A program made the translations under genes and the position numbers. The notes beneath the pieces are model-generated. The model had not been told where the DNA came from, ran no database searches, and worked only from the letters and a program-made list of their open reading frames with translations. From an uncultured Chloroflexia bacterium (lineage in GTDB: Bacteria; Chloroflexota; Anaerolineae; Anaerolineales; UBA4823), in the NCBI GenBank assembly GCA_963726315.1, contig CAVSBZ010000002.1, positions 181,960 to 245,959 of the forward strand: 64,000 bases of DNA, written 5' to 3'. Of the stretch, positions 30,829-40,666 are shown in pieces (positions within the stretch are counted from its first letter, which is position 1; each line of letters opens with the position of its first letter).

Positions 30829-32349
30829 ATGTCCCGTTTCGCCAAGTCAACCCTGATCGTGGCGATTTTCCTCGGGTTGGAAAAAGTCCTCGGTTTTGCA
30901 CGACAGATCCTCATTGCTCGGCAGTTTGGTCTCTCATCCCAACTGGACGCGTTCAACGCGGCCAACAATCTGCCAGACTTGCTGTTTGCCCTCATCTCAG
31001 GTGGGGCGCTCGGTATCGCTTTGATCCCCGTGCTCACCGAAACCCTGCAAAAGGAAGACCGCCGGGCTGCCTGGCACCTGTTCTCCCGCATTGCCAATCT
31101 GGTCTTTCTCGTTACCGCCGGCATCGCCGTAGTGTTGGCAATCTTTGCAGGTCCACTTGTCCACAATGTGGTCACCCCAGGTTTCTCCCTTGAGCAGCAG
31201 CGCCTCGTGACCAGCATCATGCGCCTTGACCTGATCGCCACGATATTATTCTCGCTCAGCGGGTTGGTCATCGCCGGCTTGCAGTCTAATCAGCACTTCC
31301 TGCTACCGGCTATGGCGCCCAGCATGTATGACCTGGGGATGCTGTTTGGGGTCATCATTCTCGCCCCTGAAACCGGCTACCAAATTGGTCCGCTCACCCT
31401 GCCGGCCTTCGGGATGGGGATATATGGCCTCGTCTACGGCGGCATCCTTGGCGCACTCATGTTCCTGTTGATCCAGCTGCCGGGTCTGATCATCTACAAG
31501 TTCCACTGGATCCCCTCCATTGACCTGCATAACCCGCGTGTGCGCCAGGTTTTGTCTCTGATGGGACCGCGTGTACTCACCGTCTTCTTCATCCAATTAG
31601 TCTTTGTTGCCTCCGATAATATCGCTTCCTGGCTGGCTCCGGGTGCAGTCTCTGCCCTGGTCTATGGCTGGTTGTTCATGCAGGTGCCAGAAACCCTGGT
31701 AGGTACAGCCATTGGTACGGTGCTGTTACCTACCATTTCGGAACAGGTTGCGCGCGAACAAATGGATAGATTTCGCCAATCTTTGAACCATGCCATGCGC
31801 ATCATCCTTGCCCTTACCATCCCTGCGGCTGTGTTGGTTGCAGTGGGTGTCCGTCCGGTGGTGAGTCTGCTGGGTTTTGATGCTGCCGGAACTGAAGCGG
31901 TCGTCTGGGTCACCCGTGGCTACCTGGTTGGTCTGATGGGCTTTTCGCTGATCGAGGTGGCTGCACGCGCCTTCTATGCTCAGCAAAATGCGTTGATTCC
32001 CCTGGGTGCCAATATTATCACCACGGTGACATTTGTTATTTTGGCAGTCGTGTTGGGGTATAAATTGGGTGCCCCTGGAATTGCCCTCGCCAATGGTCTG
32101 GCTTATACGGGTGAGGCGATATTGTTGTGGTATTTGCTCAACCGGCGTTTTCCCGGGGTGGTGGATGTGCGCTCGACCCTTGTCCGCGTGATCCCCGTAG
32201 CTCTTGCATGTGGCTTATTGGTATTTGGATTATTGCAGCTTCCCGTTGAAATTTCTGGGTTGGTTCTGGGAGTATTTGCCCTGGGTGTGGGTGGACTAGT
32301 TATGCTTCCGTTCATCATGCCTGAGCTCAAATTGCTGGTAAAAATGTAG
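30829..32349 (+). CDS. murJ: Lipid II flippase MurJ (MviN)
   Basis: KVLGFARQILIA..FG...LDAFNAA..LP, GGAL..ALIP, Q.PE..G.AIGTVLLP, RAFYA; multi-TM. Confidence 0.88.
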   Translation: MSRFAKSTLIVAIFLGLEKVLGFARQILIARQFGLSSQLDAFNAANNLPDLLFALISGGALGIALIPVLTETLQKEDRRAAWHLFSRIANLVFLVTAGIAVVLAIFAGPLVHNVVTPGFSLEQQRLVTSIMRLDLIATILFSLSGLVIAGLQSNQHFLLPAMAPSMYDLGMLFGVIILAPETGYQIGPLTLPAFGMGIYGLVYGGILGALMFLLIQLPGLIIYKFHWIPSIDLHNPRVRQVLSLMGPRVLTVFFIQLVFVASDNIASWLAPGAVSALVYGWLFMQVPETLVGTAIGTVLLPTISEQVAREQMDRFRQSLNHAMRIILALTIPAAVLVAVGVRPVVSLLGFDAAGTEAVVWVTRGYLVGLMGFSLIEVAARAFYAQQNALIPLGANIITTVTFVILAVVLGYKLGAPGIALANGLAYTGEAILLWYLLNRRFPGVVDVRSTLVRVIPVALACGLLVFGLLQLPVEISGLVLGVFALGVGGLVMLPFIMPELKLLVKM

Positions 32350-32361
32350 AGGAGAAAAATA

Positions 32362-34572
32362 ATGTTTAAAAATATCTATAAATTATTGGCTGTAATATCG
32401 GTTCTGTCCTTCCTTTTGGCTGCTGCGGTGATGCCTGCCAGCGCCGCCCCCTGGAGAGACAAAGTTGACCCCTGGGTCCTGCGCACCGCCGCTCATGGTG
32501 ACACTGAGTTCCTGGTTTTCTTAACCAACCAGGCAAATCTCAGCCAGGCAAATGCGTTATCGACCAAGCTGGAAAAGGGTACATATGTCTATCAGACCCT
32601 TACCTCCTTCGCCGCCCGCACTCAATCCCCGCTCATCACTGAGCTGGAAAGGTTGGGTGTGGATTACCGACCGTATTGGGTCGCCAATATGATCTGGGTG
32701 CGTGCCGGGTTGAGCACTGTCCAGCTGCTGGCACAAAGACCAGATGTGGCGCACTTGTATGCCAATCCTCAGGTAAAGCTGGATGAACCCACCATCGATG
32801 CCTCCTCCAGTCCTGTCCCACAAGGGGTTGAGTGGAACATTACCAAGGTTAAGGCTCCTGAAGTATGGGCAATGGGTTTTACCGGTCAAGATGTGGTTAT
32901 CGGCGGGCAGGATACCGGTTATCAATGGGACCACCCTGCCCTGATCAACCAGTATCGCGGTTGGAATGGCATCAATGCTGACCACGACTATAACTGGCAC
33001 GATGCCATCCATGAAAATGCGTACTACAACCCCTGCGGGTTCGATTCCCCCTTCCCTTGTGATGATTATGGTCATGGCACTCACACCATGGGTACCATGG
33101 TGGGCGATGATGGTGGCGCCAACCAGATTGGTATGGCACCAGGCGCGCGTTGGATCGGTTGCCGGAACATGGATAATGGCGTAGGGTCACCGTCAACTTA
33201 CGCTGAATGCTACCAATGGTTTGTCGCTCCCACCCGTGTGGACGGCTCTGAACCTCGCCCAGATCTTGCCCCCGACGTGATCAATAACTCCTGGGGCTGC
33301 CCACCCAGTGAAGGCTGTAACCCCGATTCGCTGTTGGTAGTGGTTCAAAACTTGGTCAATGCGGGGATTGTCACTGCCCACTCAGCAGGGAATTCTGGTA
33401 GTGGATGTAGTTCTGTCTCTGATCCCGCAGCAATATATGAAGAATCATTTACCGTTGGGGCGACCGACTCGTCAGATACAATCGCTGGTTTCAGCAGCCG
33501 CGGTCCCGTCACGGTCGATGGTAGCAACAGACCCAAGCCCGATATCTCCGCTCCTGGTGTGAATGTTCGTTCTTCGGTTCCTGGTGGGGGCTATGAAGGC
33601 GGGTGGAGTGGTACCAGCATGGCAGGTCCGCATGTTGCCGGTTTGGTCGCCTTGCTCATATCCGCTCATCCTGACCTGGATGGGCAGGTGGACCAAATTG
33701 AATCAATCATCGAGCAGTCTGCCTTCCACATTTCCTGGTATGGCTGTTCCAGCGATGGTGTGCCCAATAACGCTTATGGCTGGGGTCGCATCGACGCGCT
33801 GGCTGCCGTTGGGACTGTTCACCAGCTCGAGTTGACAAAGCTTGCCTCCGCTAACGCTGTCTTGCCAGGTGACCCCATCACCTATACGCTTACCGTTACC
33901 CACTCAAATGGGATCGGACCAACCACTAACGTGGTGCTGACCGACACCCTCCCGGCAGGCACTAGCTTTATATCAGCCACTCAACCTTACTCCCTGGATG
34001 GAGACGTTGTCCGTTGGGATTTCCCCAGCCTGGATACTCCGGCTGCGGTTAGTGTGGATCTGACCGTAGGGGTAAATATCACCTCCACGGGCACCATCGT
34101 CAACGCTGATTATGCTGTCAAAAGTGATCAGGTGGAACCGGTGCTTGGTGAGCCGGTCACAACTCAGCTGGATAAGCTTGATTTCTTACAGCTTCAGAAG
34201 ACTGCCTCGGCTTCAATGGTCATTCCCGGCGAGCTCATCACGTATACCATCGCTGTTACGAATAGTCATGCGTTGATTTCTGCCTCCAACGTGGTGCTAA
34301 CCGATAATCTGCCGGTTGGATCGACGTTTGTATCTGCTTCAGTTCCATATATCCTTGATGGAGATATCATCCGCTGGGAATTCCCCATTCTCGATCCTTC
34401 GAGCACCCTTACGGTTGTGCTGGTGGTCAGGGTTGATCTAACCACTTTGGGTATCCTCACCAATGCGGATTATGCCGTAGTTAGCGATCAGGCAGCCCTC
34501 GTTCAAGGTGCACCCGTCAACACGCGGGTTGGCAGCGTGTTCTTCCTGCCCATCGCCATTAAGGCACCATAA
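32362..34572 (+). CDS. Secreted S8 subtilisin-like protease with two DUF11-like domains
   Basis: Signal peptide; DTG, HGTHTMG, GTSMAGPHVAG triad; LxKxAS...PG..ITYT repeats; C-terminal FFLPIAIK. Confidence 0.92.
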   Translation: MFKNIYKLLAVISVLSFLLAAAVMPASAAPWRDKVDPWVLRTAAHGDTEFLVFLTNQANLSQANALSTKLEKGTYVYQTLTSFAARTQSPLITELERLGVDYRPYWVANMIWVRAGLSTVQLLAQRPDVAHLYANPQVKLDEPTIDASSSPVPQGVEWNITKVKAPEVWAMGFTGQDVVIGGQDTGYQWDHPALINQYRGWNGINADHDYNWHDAIHENAYYNPCGFDSPFPCDDYGHGTHTMGTMVGDDGGANQIGMAPGARWIGCRNMDNGVGSPSTYAECYQWFVAPTRVDGSEPRPDLAPDVINNSWGCPPSEGCNPDSLLVVVQNLVNAGIVTAHSAGNSGSGCSSVSDPAAIYEESFTVGATDSSDTIAGFSSRGPVTVDGSNRPKPDISAPGVNVRSSVPGGGYEGGWSGTSMAGPHVAGLVALLISAHPDLDGQVDQIESIIEQSAFHISWYGCSSDGVPNNAYGWGRIDALAAVGTVHQLELTKLASANAVLPGDPITYTLTVTHSNGIGPTTNVVLTDTLPAGTSFISATQPYSLDGDVVRWDFPSLDTPAAVSVDLTVGVNITSTGTIVNADYAVKSDQVEPVLGEPVTTQLDKLDFLQLQKTASASMVIPGELITYTIAVTNSHALISASNVVLTDNLPVGSTFVSASVPYILDGDIIRWEFPILDPSSTLTVVLVVRVDLTTLGILTNADYAVVSDQAALVQGAPVNTRVGSVFFLPIAIKAP

Positions 34573-34597
34573 CCTTTCGCACGTTCACGATAGAGTC

Positions 34598-35179
34598 CTA
34601 GCGGTAATTCTCGTATATCGCCAGGACTCTATCTGCATAACTGTAATCGACATCCATCGGACCATATGCCTTGAGTGCTTCGCGCGGGCTGCCTAGTTTG
34701 GCGATTAAATTTGCCAGCATGCCAGTCCCGTACTCGATGTTAAACCTCGGGTCCTGTAGCTCTTCAATCGTTGGACGGCTGGCGAAGCACGGACCATTGA
34801 TACATTCGAACGACGCGGCAATCCCATCACGCGGCATCACCTGCATTAGTCCCACCGCGCCACTGGCTGAATAAGCTGTCGCATCACCACCGCTTTCCTG
34901 CAGGATGACTGCTGCAATCAGGTTGGGGGGTAGCTCAACCTGGCTGGCATAGGTTGTGATGATCTCACACCATTGCAATATCCCCTGCGGGAAACGGTGA
35001 CTCACTACGCATTCATCCGCAGGTGCTGGCTGCGCAGGGTTCTGTGTGGGGGAGGCAGCATATGCCACCTCAGCTGCAGGTAGGATTACGAAATTTCTCG
35101 ACAAAATCCAGCCCAGGAGTGCTACCACCAGGCTGCCGATCAGTGTGCCACGTATGACTAACGCCGGTCCGTTTCTCAT
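34598..35179 (-). CDS. Membrane-anchored SLT-family lytic transglycosylase
   Basis: IAAVILQESGG...SASGAVGLMQVMP...NIEYG; N-terminal TM helix; GGAGG RBS before ATG 35179. Confidence 0.88.
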   Translation of the reverse strand: MRNGPALVIRGTLIGSLVVALLGWILSRNFVILPAAEVAYAASPTQNPAQPAPADECVVSHRFPQGILQWCEIITTYASQVELPPNLIAAVILQESGGDATAYSASGAVGLMQVMPRDGIAASFECINGPCFASRPTIEELQDPRFNIEYGTGMLANLIAKLGSPREALKAYGPMDVDYSYADRVLAIYENYR

Positions 35180-35209
35180 ATGCCCTCCCATTTTTGCCAG
35201 GATAGCGCC

Positions 35210-35259
35210 AGTATAGCACAAGTGTTCTAATTAATCAAGGTTTATAGAACAAGAATTCT
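35210..35259 (-). promoter_or_regulatory. Sigma70 promoter with two LexA-like boxes
   Basis: Minus strand TTGATT-17-TATACT enclosing AGAAC-actt-GTGCT (35215-35228); second box AGAAC-aaga-ATTCT at 35246-35259. Confidence 0.7.
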
Positions 35260-35270
35260 ATTTACTCCTC

Positions 35271-35667
35271 GTAATTACTCACCTATGTTGTCATTGCGGA
35301 ATCCCCCATATTTTGGGGGAGAATCCCCGCTGGTTTTCGGGGAAAAAGGACGCTCTCAGAATCCACGGTCACTTGAACACTCCGAAGTACTTTGAACCCG
35401 TCCCCGCAGCTTTTCGGGGAGCAATCTGCTCTTGCTTTTGACATTGTTGCGTCCCCCAATCCTGGGGATGGGAATTCTATGCCCGAAGAAGCCATCTGCA
35501 TTAACTGTCGTTGCGAAAGTTTGTTGCGCTTATCAGCTGTCATTGAGAAGCATAAGTGCCATTCTCTGGTGTCATTGCGAGGGTTTAGCGCTCTTCTAAA
35601 CCTGAAGCAATCTTCCCCTGGCACTGCATATATACTTTAGTTATTATCGATTCTGGTGAGTAATTAC
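35271..35667. mobile_element. MITE-like segment with 13-bp terminal inverted repeats
   Basis: GTAATTACTCACC (35271) ... GGTGAGTAATTAC (35655-35667); non-coding interior. Confidence 0.5.
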
Positions 35668-35780
35668 CAGGTATTTTGTCATTGCAAAGGAGTAGTGCTC
35701 TACTCTGTTGTCATTGCGAAGGTTTAGTGCTTTTCTAAACCTGAAGCAATCCGCCCTTCTTTCTGACATTGAGGAATCCT
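35289..35780 (+). repeat. Cluster of TGTCATTGCGA...GAAGCAATC REP-like repeats
   Basis: Two near-complete copies (about 35570 and 35709) plus several decayed TGTCATTG starts. Confidence 0.65.
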
Positions 35781-35942
35781 CCCTGGTTCTGGGGAAAGAG
35801 ACCGGTGTTTTTCCAGATCGCCTGTACCAAGTGGTATGAGGGATGGCAATCTACAACTCGACGATTTTTCATTAAATTGACCTTTTAAAAATACCACTTT
35901 TTTTCAATGTCCGAACTTTCGTCCGATCCTAATAATTCCCCC

Positions 35943-35971
35943 TTGACAAATTAGAACAATAGTTCTATATT
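35943..35971 (+). promoter_or_regulatory. Near-consensus sigma70 promoter with a perfect LexA box
   Basis: TTGACA-17-TATATT with AGAAC-aata-GTTCT at 35953-35966. Confidence 0.8.
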
Positions 35972-36044
35972 GTATACAAGTTGATCTCGTTGATCACTTG
36001 AACTATCAATAAAATGGGTTTCTTAGAACCAAAAGGAGGTTCAC

Positions 36045-36767
36045 ATGGATAAAAAGGCAAGTTCTGCACTCGAGTTCAACCGTGTGGTAAGCAAGGTAAA
36101 ACCTTCCCGCGGCTTGATATTCGGCGTCATTATATTGGGGGCACTGCTCGCATTCGAGATCTTCAACTACAGCACCACCGACTATGCTCTGACAGATTTG
36201 CTGGGGGATTTACGCTTTTTAGATCTTCGTTGGGCTACCATCCTGGCGATCGCCTTTTGTGCCATCGATTTTGCCGGCATCGCTCGTCTGTTTACCCCCG
36301 AGCGAGGCTCAGGCGAGCCCAGGGAAGTGTGGTATCTGTTTGGCGCATGGCTGCTGGCTGCTACGATGAATGCCATGCTCACCTACTGGGGTGTAACCAT
36401 TGCCATCTTGAGCCACACTTCATTAGGTGGGTCGGTGCTCTCGCAAGAAACGCTCATCAAGGTGGTGCCGGTTTTCGTCGCCATCATGGTCTGGGTGATC
36501 CGCGTGTTGATCATCGGCTCGTTCTCGGTGGCGGGGGAGCGGTTGTTCAGCCAATCCGACGTCCAACCTGTTCGCTCTGCACCCAGGGTAAGCCAGCCTC
36601 AGCCGCTTAACAAGCCGGATGTGATTCCCGTCCAGGCTTCCTCGTTCAAACCGGCACCTAAAGCAGACCCGCAATCGCCTGCCTCCAGCTACTCCCGCTC
36701 AGAGCCCACATACCACCCTGTGTCGATGAGCAGTTCTAACCACATTCCACCCCAAGTCAGGAAGTAA
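36045..36767 (+). CDS. Hypothetical 4-TM membrane protein with a Pro/Ser-rich tail
   Basis: AAGGAGG RBS; LLAFEIFNYSTT, WATILAIAFCAIDFAGIARLFTP; downstream terminator. Confidence 0.85.
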   Translation: MDKKASSALEFNRVVSKVKPSRGLIFGVIILGALLAFEIFNYSTTDYALTDLLGDLRFLDLRWATILAIAFCAIDFAGIARLFTPERGSGEPREVWYLFGAWLLAATMNAMLTYWGVTIAILSHTSLGGSVLSQETLIKVVPVFVAIMVWVIRVLIIGSFSVAGERLFSQSDVQPVRSAPRVSQPQPLNKPDVIPVQASSFKPAPKADPQSPASSYSRSEPTYHPVSMSSSNHIPPQVRK

Positions 36768-36787
36768 TCCAGGTCAACACCCAGGAT

Positions 36788-36826
36788 GAGGGTTTGGCGG
36801 TCACATCGACTGCCAGGCCCTCTTTT
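36788..36826 (+). terminator. Intrinsic terminator
   Basis: gagggtttggcggtc / gactgccaggccctc followed by TTTT. Confidence 0.7.
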
Positions 36827-36838
36827 CGGTTAAACCGA

Positions 36839-36935
36839 TGCCGGACGTGGTTTACACGTCCGGCAATCTAAGGAGGGCCACCGGTATCTTCTGCCCGGGG
36901 GGGGCGAGCGGAAGACGCTTCCCGGTGGTGGACAC
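36839..36935. ncRNA. Candidate structured small RNA
   Basis: Two GC-rich hairpins, an AAGGAGGG/CCCTCCTT linker and a G8/C8 loop, between two convergent genes that each have their own terminator. Confidence 0.35.
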
Positions 36936-37104
36936 TTGTTATACCGATAAAAGTTAGCGCAAGTGTCAACTACTATAATATACACCCGATTTATCCACTT
37001 AGAATTAACGGTTGATTAGGGTTGGCTCATCTGGAAAATGGATCGGAAATGAGTTTTTCGGCTTACGTCTAGAGCTGTCTCCTGGCTTGCTAACCTTCCC
37101 GTTC

Positions 37105-37137
37105 ATCCCCGCGCTCTAATGTTTAGCACGCGGGGAT
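37105..37137 (-). terminator. Terminator-like hairpin
   Basis: atccccgcg / cgcggggat downstream of the 37163 stop. Confidence 0.55.
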
Positions 37138-37162
37138 AGTTTTGAGATCTACAGTGCGTGGA

Positions 37163-40100
37163 TCAGACCTTGCCCCATACCAGCGGTAAGCGTATCTGAT
37201 AACCAGTGACAGAGATCTGCACTGTTGCTATGTTGGAGTCGCTCACCCCGTCGTTCGTGTGGTAAGTGAACGTGTCCACCCCGCTAAAGCCGGCTGCAGG
37301 CGTGTAAGTGAACGAGCCGTCAGTGTTCAGAACCAGTGTGCCATGTGTGGGTACGCTATCCAGCACAGCTGTGATCGGGTCGTTATCCACGTCGCTATCA
37401 TTAAGTAGCACACCCGGTGCAGCTACCACCAAAGCTTGATTGATCTGGGCATTGAAAAAGTCATCTACCGCCAGGGGTGCGTTGTTGACATGTGTGACCG
37501 TGATGCTCACTGTCGCCAGGTTGGAGTCAGCCGCTCCGTCGTTGGCGTGGTAGGTGAAGGTATCCACTCCACTGTAGCCAGCTGCAGGCGTGTAAGTGAA
37601 GGAGCCGTTATTGTTCAGGTCCAGCGTGCCATGCGTTGGACCACTGTCCAGCACCGCGATGAGCAGGTTATTTTCAGGGTCTGAATCGTTTGATAAAACG
37701 CCTAAACCCACTGGTACGGCAAGGATTGTGTCTTGTTGAGTGACATATACGTCGTTAATCGCTGTCGGCGGTTGGTTGGGCTGGCCGACATAGATATCCA
37801 GAGTGTCGCTGCCGGTTGCCCCTCGATCGTCAAACACAGTTAGGGTTACCTGGTATATGCCTGCCACCGGGTAGGTGAAGTATGCCATTGAGCCCCAATA
37901 GACACTTCCGTCGTGGAACTGCCAGCGGATATTGCCCAGCGCGCCGTCGGGATCGTAGGATTCTTCAGAATAGAAGGTCACGTCCAAAGGTGGTTCACCA
38001 CTGAGAGGGATGGCTGTAGCCACGGCTACCGGTGCTTGGTTGGGGGCTGATACAGCCAGGGCGACGGTGTTGACAGATTGCGCCCCCTGGTTATCGGTGA
38101 TCGTCAGCGACGCCACGTAATTACCGGGAACAGTGTAGATGTGGCTTGGGTTGGCTAGATTGGAGCTGCTGCCGTCATCGAAATCCCAGGCGTATGTGGA
38201 GATGCTTCCATCTGGGTCGGTGCTGCCGGTTGAGCTGAAACTTACATCCAGTGGTGCATCGCCGCCACTGCGATTCGCCGAGGCGACTGCCACTGGCCAC
38301 TGATTTCCTCCAACGCCAAAGCGTTGGTATCCCACTCGGTAGGTAGCAAACGGTGCCTCATTCCGCACCACCGAACCGGTGATCAAGCTTACTCCCCCTG
38401 CCGCGGTCACATTGGGATATGCCTCTCCGGTTCGAGAGATGGAGAATGCAAACCCGTTGGGGTCAATGGCAGTTCCCGCCTCGCTCACTCGCATGCCAAA
38501 CAAGTCACTTCGGGCGTCCAATTGATCCAGAGTCGAGGGCGCAAAGCGGTTTTTTTGCTCATTGTAGACTACCACGAACTGGCTGCCATCCCACGCAACC
38601 CGGGGTCGATATTGGTTGCCTTGCCAGGGTGTCAGGTTAACCGCAGGTTGCACTGAACCATCGGTATTTACCACGTTTGCCGACAGGTCGGTTTCTACAC
38701 CTGAAGTCAGCTCACTGGATTGGAGTACCAATGCCTTGCTACTGTTGGCTGCCACCGCTACCTCAAAGATGCCGTTTCCACCACCTGCTGAGTAAGGTCC
38801 ATTGATGGAGAACTCCCCCGGGCTGCTTCCATCAGCGTTGACAAAGCTTCCGGTAGTGCTGCCCATCAGGTTATCATGCGTCCAGGTCACGTGCCAAACG
38901 GCCAGCCAGCGGTCGCCCAGGGTGGTGACGCTCGCCCAGCGGGCGAAGGTACCGCTTAGGGTGATCCCAGATGGGTCCAGCACCACGCCGTCGCTACCGC
39001 GTACCCGCGCCCCGACGCCGTATACAAACTCGGGGTATGAGTCGTACCGTAAGCCTACCACCATGAACAAATCCCCGAGTGCTGACACATCGGTTGGTCC
39101 AAAACCCGTCGTGACTAAAAACGGTGTGGGATCTACCAGCGTGCCGTCCTGCAGCATCCGTTGTGCTACAATGCCGCTGCTGTTGTTCCAGGTGACGAGG
39201 TACAGTGAACCGTTCCAGGCGACTGCCGGGATATCTGGTCCATAAAGGTTATCGCCCGAGTCGAGCAGGATCGGACCAGCGCTGACGGGATCACCGTTGG
39301 CATCCAGTGGTTGAGCCATGATCCGGCGTGCACCGCCAATGTCACTGCGATATGTAACCATATAGCCGTTGGTGCCCACCGCCACGTCCGACCGGATTTG
39401 CATCGGACTGCTCAGTGATAAGCCCGTAGTGGGTCCCGCAGAGTTACCCCCGCTCACGTTCGCCGTGTAGATATCGTCCTCAGCAGAAATGTAACTGGCC
39501 CACACGATTTGTACACCTCCTGAAAGGGTACCCGCCGTCGCGCCGGTCGATGGACCCGTGAGTGCCACGCCGCCTGGGTCTAACACCAGACCATCTGCGT
39601 TAACCCGTGCAATGCGCACTCCGCTGTTGTTACCCCAGGTCACCCGCCAGTTCACACCATCCCACGCAACGCTGGTTGTCGTGCCATACTCAGGTTGGTA
39701 ACTGCCAGAAATAATGACTCCATCGGGGTCCAGTTTCTGACCAGTGGTGTTCACGCGTGAACCCATTACACCAATTGTGAAATCTGGCAGTGTCTTATGC
39801 CATGTTATGTAGAACTGGTTGCTGTTTGATACGATGCTTTCCAATCCATGATCAGCTACCAGCGTGATGGGGCCTGCATCCAATACATTTAGTGCACTAT
39901 CGAAACGTAGCGCTAATGTGTCGCTATAGTCCATCCAGGTAAACATGTATACTCCGCCGGCGTAAGCCAGGCGCAAGTTGGAGCGAAGATAGTAGGTGGA
40001 CCGCACCAGCAGCTTGGGAGGCTGTTCGACCGTTCCGGAAGCGCTGATGCGAATCGCTTTAAGACTGCTGTTTGAGTCGCTGGTTTCTGCAACCACCACC

Positions 40101-40666
40101 CAATTGTTCCCATCACTGGCGATTGCCCAGGCGCCTCCCACCGGGGAAAAATTGTAGATCGGGATGGGGTTGGTATCCATCACTTCACCGTTTTGAGCTA
40201 CCCGCACGGCTGCTAACGACTTTTGGTAGTAGCCTCCCTCGGTGACTGTGTAGCTTTCAAACGCCACCAGCCAGTAAGTGCCATTCCAGGCAATTTTTGG
40301 GTTATCTTGGGTCGCTTTTGCTTGGGTGATTACGAACGGCACAGCGTCCAGAAGGTTACCGTCGGCATCCAGCCGCATGCCATATATATCGCTCGCTGTC
40401 TCGTAGAACTCGCCAACCCCGTTGGGCATCGAACGCCAATCAGCCCAAGCTGCCAGGAGGATATCTCCACCGCGCTCGATGACTGGTGTTCGCTGTATCC
40501 CGGCTGCCATGCCGATGCTGTCATCGCCCGGTAGCCAGTTGGAGGGGGTCAGGGTCGACGCCTGGGCCAACGCCCTCCCACCCACCATCCATGCCGCCGC
40601 TATTACGAGTGCAATACAGGCAGTCAAAATTCCAAGCCTGATTCCGAACCGTTGTCTGTTGATCAT
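37163..40666 (-). CDS. Large secreted protein: beta-rich repeats, 2 PKD domains, 2 Ig-like (Big_9/cadherin-like) repeats
   Basis: Signal peptide; DPDG.I..Y.WDF.DG; P.A.DD...GVL.ND.D...P.HGTL.LN..GSFTYTP; C-terminal IRLPLVWGK. Confidence 0.88.
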   Translation of the reverse strand: MINRQRFGIRLGILTACIALVIAAAWMVGGRALAQASTLTPSNWLPGDDSIGMAAGIQRTPVIERGGDILLAAWADWRSMPNGVGEFYETASDIYGMRLDADGNLLDAVPFVITQAKATQDNPKIAWNGTYWLVAFESYTVTEGGYYQKSLAAVRVAQNGEVMDTNPIPIYNFSPVGGAWAIASDGNNWVVVAETSDSNSSLKAIRISASGTVEQPPKLLVRSTYYLRSNLRLAYAGGVYMFTWMDYSDTLALRFDSALNVLDAGPITLVADHGLESIVSNSNQFYITWHKTLPDFTIGVMGSRVNTTGQKLDPDGVIISGSYQPEYGTTTSVAWDGVNWRVTWGNNSGVRIARVNADGLVLDPGGVALTGPSTGATAGTLSGGVQIVWASYISAEDDIYTANVSGGNSAGPTTGLSLSSPMQIRSDVAVGTNGYMVTYRSDIGGARRIMAQPLDANGDPVSAGPILLDSGDNLYGPDIPAVAWNGSLYLVTWNNSSGIVAQRMLQDGTLVDPTPFLVTTGFGPTDVSALGDLFMVVGLRYDSYPEFVYGVGARVRGSDGVVLDPSGITLSGTFARWASVTTLGDRWLAVWHVTWTHDNLMGSTTGSFVNADGSSPGEFSINGPYSAGGGNGIFEVAVAANSSKALVLQSSELTSGVETDLSANVVNTDGSVQPAVNLTPWQGNQYRPRVAWDGSQFVVVYNEQKNRFAPSTLDQLDARSDLFGMRVSEAGTAIDPNGFAFSISRTGEAYPNVTAAGGVSLITGSVVRNEAPFATYRVGYQRFGVGGNQWPVAVASANRSGGDAPLDVSFSSTGSTDPDGSISTYAWDFDDGSSSNLANPSHIYTVPGNYVASLTITDNQGAQSVNTVALAVSAPNQAPVAVATAIPLSGEPPLDVTFYSEESYDPDGALGNIRWQFHDGSVYWGSMAYFTYPVAGIYQVTLTVFDDRGATGSDTLDIYVGQPNQPPTAINDVYVTQQDTILAVPVGLGVLSNDSDPENNLLIAVLDSGPTHGTLDLNNNGSFTYTPAAGYSGVDTFTYHANDGAADSNLATVSITVTHVNNAPLAVDDFFNAQINQALVVAAPGVLLNDSDVDNDPITAVLDSVPTHGTLVLNTDGSFTYTPAAGFSGVDTFTYHTNDGVSDSNIATVQISVTGYQIRLPLVWGKV

